A stretch of 64,000 nt of DNA from an uncultured Actinomycetota bacterium (GTDB taxonomy: Bacteria > Actinomycetota > Actinomycetes > Mycobacteriales > Mycobacteriaceae). The position numbers and the translations under genes are program-made. Position 1 is the first letter of the stretch. Every line of letters starts with the position of its first letter. The DNA is taken from positions 457,667 through 521,666 of the forward strand of contig CAWIJT010000003.1 of the NCBI GenBank assembly GCA_963836495.1, in the 5' to 3' direction. The notes beneath the pieces are model-generated. The model worked only from the letters and a program-made list of their open reading frames with translations, was not told the DNA's origin and did no database searches. Positions 62,792-64,000 of this stretch are shown here, in pieces.

Positions 62792-64000
62792 TCAGCGCGG
62801 ATCAGAGCCAATGCGCCGCGAGCGGGCGAAGTTTTCAACCAGGTCGGCGGCGGCCGCAGCGTTTTTGGCGGGCTCGGTCATCTGGTTGGCGATGGCGCGG
62901 GCGCGGGCCACGCACTGCGGGTCGAGAATGGTGCGCAAATCTTCGGCGAATGATTTGTCGGTAGCGGTCGAAAAGCGCCGCGCGGTGCCCACCTTCAACC
63001 GTTTAACCGCAGTTCCCCAGGGTGCCTGAGCGGGCAAATTCCAGAGGATCAACGTGGACGCCCCGGCGCGGAGGCCCGCGGCCGTGGTACCCGCCCCACC
63101 GTGGTGCACGACCGCGCGGCAAGCCGGAAAGATGGTCGCGTGACTCACCGCGCTCACCACCTTGACGTGCTCGAAGTAGGGGAGACTGCTGAAGTCAGTC
63201 CCGCCTGCGCACACCAGCGCCCGCTCGCCTAGCTGCGCGCACGTCGCACCAATCATCGCGAGCGTCTTGGCAGCAGACGCCACCGCTGGGCTGCCAAACC
63301 CGAAGTAAATCGGCGGCGATCCCGCGGCAATCCACGACGCGACTTCCTCATCGGCATCTGTCGACAATTCCAATGTCAGTGCACCGACAAAGGGCCGTTG
63401 GCCGTCGAATTTCGCCCATTTGGCCGCCAGGCCGGGAAAGCACACCTCGTCGTAGGCCTGGATTTCCAGCGATCCGCGTTCGGTGATCCGTCGCGCCGCG
63501 CGGCCTGCAGCCTTCGGTAGTCCCAGTTCGCGACGCTGCACGTCCTCGAGCTTCTTCGACAGGAGCCAATACTCCCACTCGTACACCGCCGTCATGAGGT
63601 CATGGGCCCGTATCGGGTTGAAATGCAGCGTGGCCAATGGGATGTCGTAATGCTCAGCGACGTTGCTAGCCAGCTGCTCAAAACTCTGGCCGGTAACCAG
63701 CAGGTCGGCTCCGTCCGCCAGCGACCTCAGCGTCGTGCTCATCTCGTCCCAGCATCGGGTGCCGAGCTCCCTGGTTTCGCGCACGAACCCGATCAGATCT
63801 CGGACCCTCCAGGGCTTGCGAAAAAAGAAACTCCAGGAGGGGCGCAACGCTTCCATGGTGGCCGACCAATCCAGGCCGAAGGTGACCGCGGTAAGCCCAG
63901 CCGACTCGGCGAAGCCAACCAGGTCGGGCGGGACGGCCATGGTCACGTCGTGCCCGCGGCGCAGCAGCTCGCGGCCGAGTGTGACGCAGGGCTCGATATC
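62792..64000 (-). CDS. GT1-family glycosyltransferase (GPL Gtf/RtfA-like), 5' end beyond the window
   Basis: Frame is open to the edge (DIEPCVTLGRELLRRGHDVTMAVPPDL); SLEIQAYD, YFGFGS and VHHGGAGTTAAG motifs. Confidence 0.9.
   Translation of the reverse strand, partial: DIEPCVTLGRELLRRGHDVTMAVPPDLVGFAESAGLTAVTFGLDWSATMEALRPSWSFFFRKPWRVRDLIGFVRETRELGTRCWDEMSTTLRSLADGADLLVTGQSFEQLASNVAEHYDIPLATLHFNPIRAHDLMTAVYEWEYWLLSKKLEDVQRRELGLPKAAGRAARRITERGSLEIQAYDEVCFPGLAAKWAKFDGQRPFVGALTLELSTDADEEVASWIAAGSPPIYFGFGSPAVASAAKTLAMIGATCAQLGERALVCAGGTDFSSLPYFEHVKVVSAVSHATIFPACRAVVHHGGAGTTAAGLRAGASTLILWNLPAQAPWGTAVKRLKVGTARRFSTATDKSFAEDLRTILDPQCVARARAIANQMTEPAKNAAAAADLVENFARSRRIGSDPR

Overview
GC-rich Mycobacterium chromosomal DNA in two parts. 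(1) 1-15.2 kb is core genome resembling M. tuberculosis Rv3783-Rv3772: wzm (partial)-glfT1-wzt galactan genes separated by two MIRU-type units, bpa/pafE, an Rv3779-like GalN transferase, an Rv3778c-like PLP enzyme, a quinone oxidoreductase, marR, tRNA-Ser(TGA), lipE, a LexA-boxed DUF222/HNH gene, echA21, hisC2, tRNA-Ser(GCT) and tRNA-Arg(ACG). An intact IS481-family element sits on the tRNA-Ser(TGA) 3' end inside a perfect 16-bp duplication and supplies the lipE stop codon. (2) From tRNA-Arg to the right edge (about 49 kb, continuing beyond it) is an accessory biosynthetic region. Its right part is a glycopeptidolipid (GPL)-type line: glycosyltransferase, bimodular PKS, Fmt-like methyltransferase, MbtH and two NRPSs. 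The NRPSs are non-canonical: C-A-T-E plus C-A-T-C-A-T-C-A-T-E-C-T, three Thr-type A domains, near-perfect module duplications, and an A-less terminal C-T with no TE or reductase. Its left part is an unusual tailoring block: CreE/FzmM-like flavoenzyme, ATP-grasp ligase, MetA-fold acyltransferase, MetY, a fused hydrolase-2/hydrolase-1-type alpha/beta protein, P450, AcpS, stand-alone ACP, Fe/2OG dioxygenase, F420 LLM, stand-alone A domain, TylF-like methyltransferase and a PaaK-like ligase. The leading hypothesis (inference) is an undescribed modified glyco-lipopeptide pathway in which a carrier-bound unusual building block is made by the left block and attached in trans. All family calls are by-eye motif recognition; no database searches were run.
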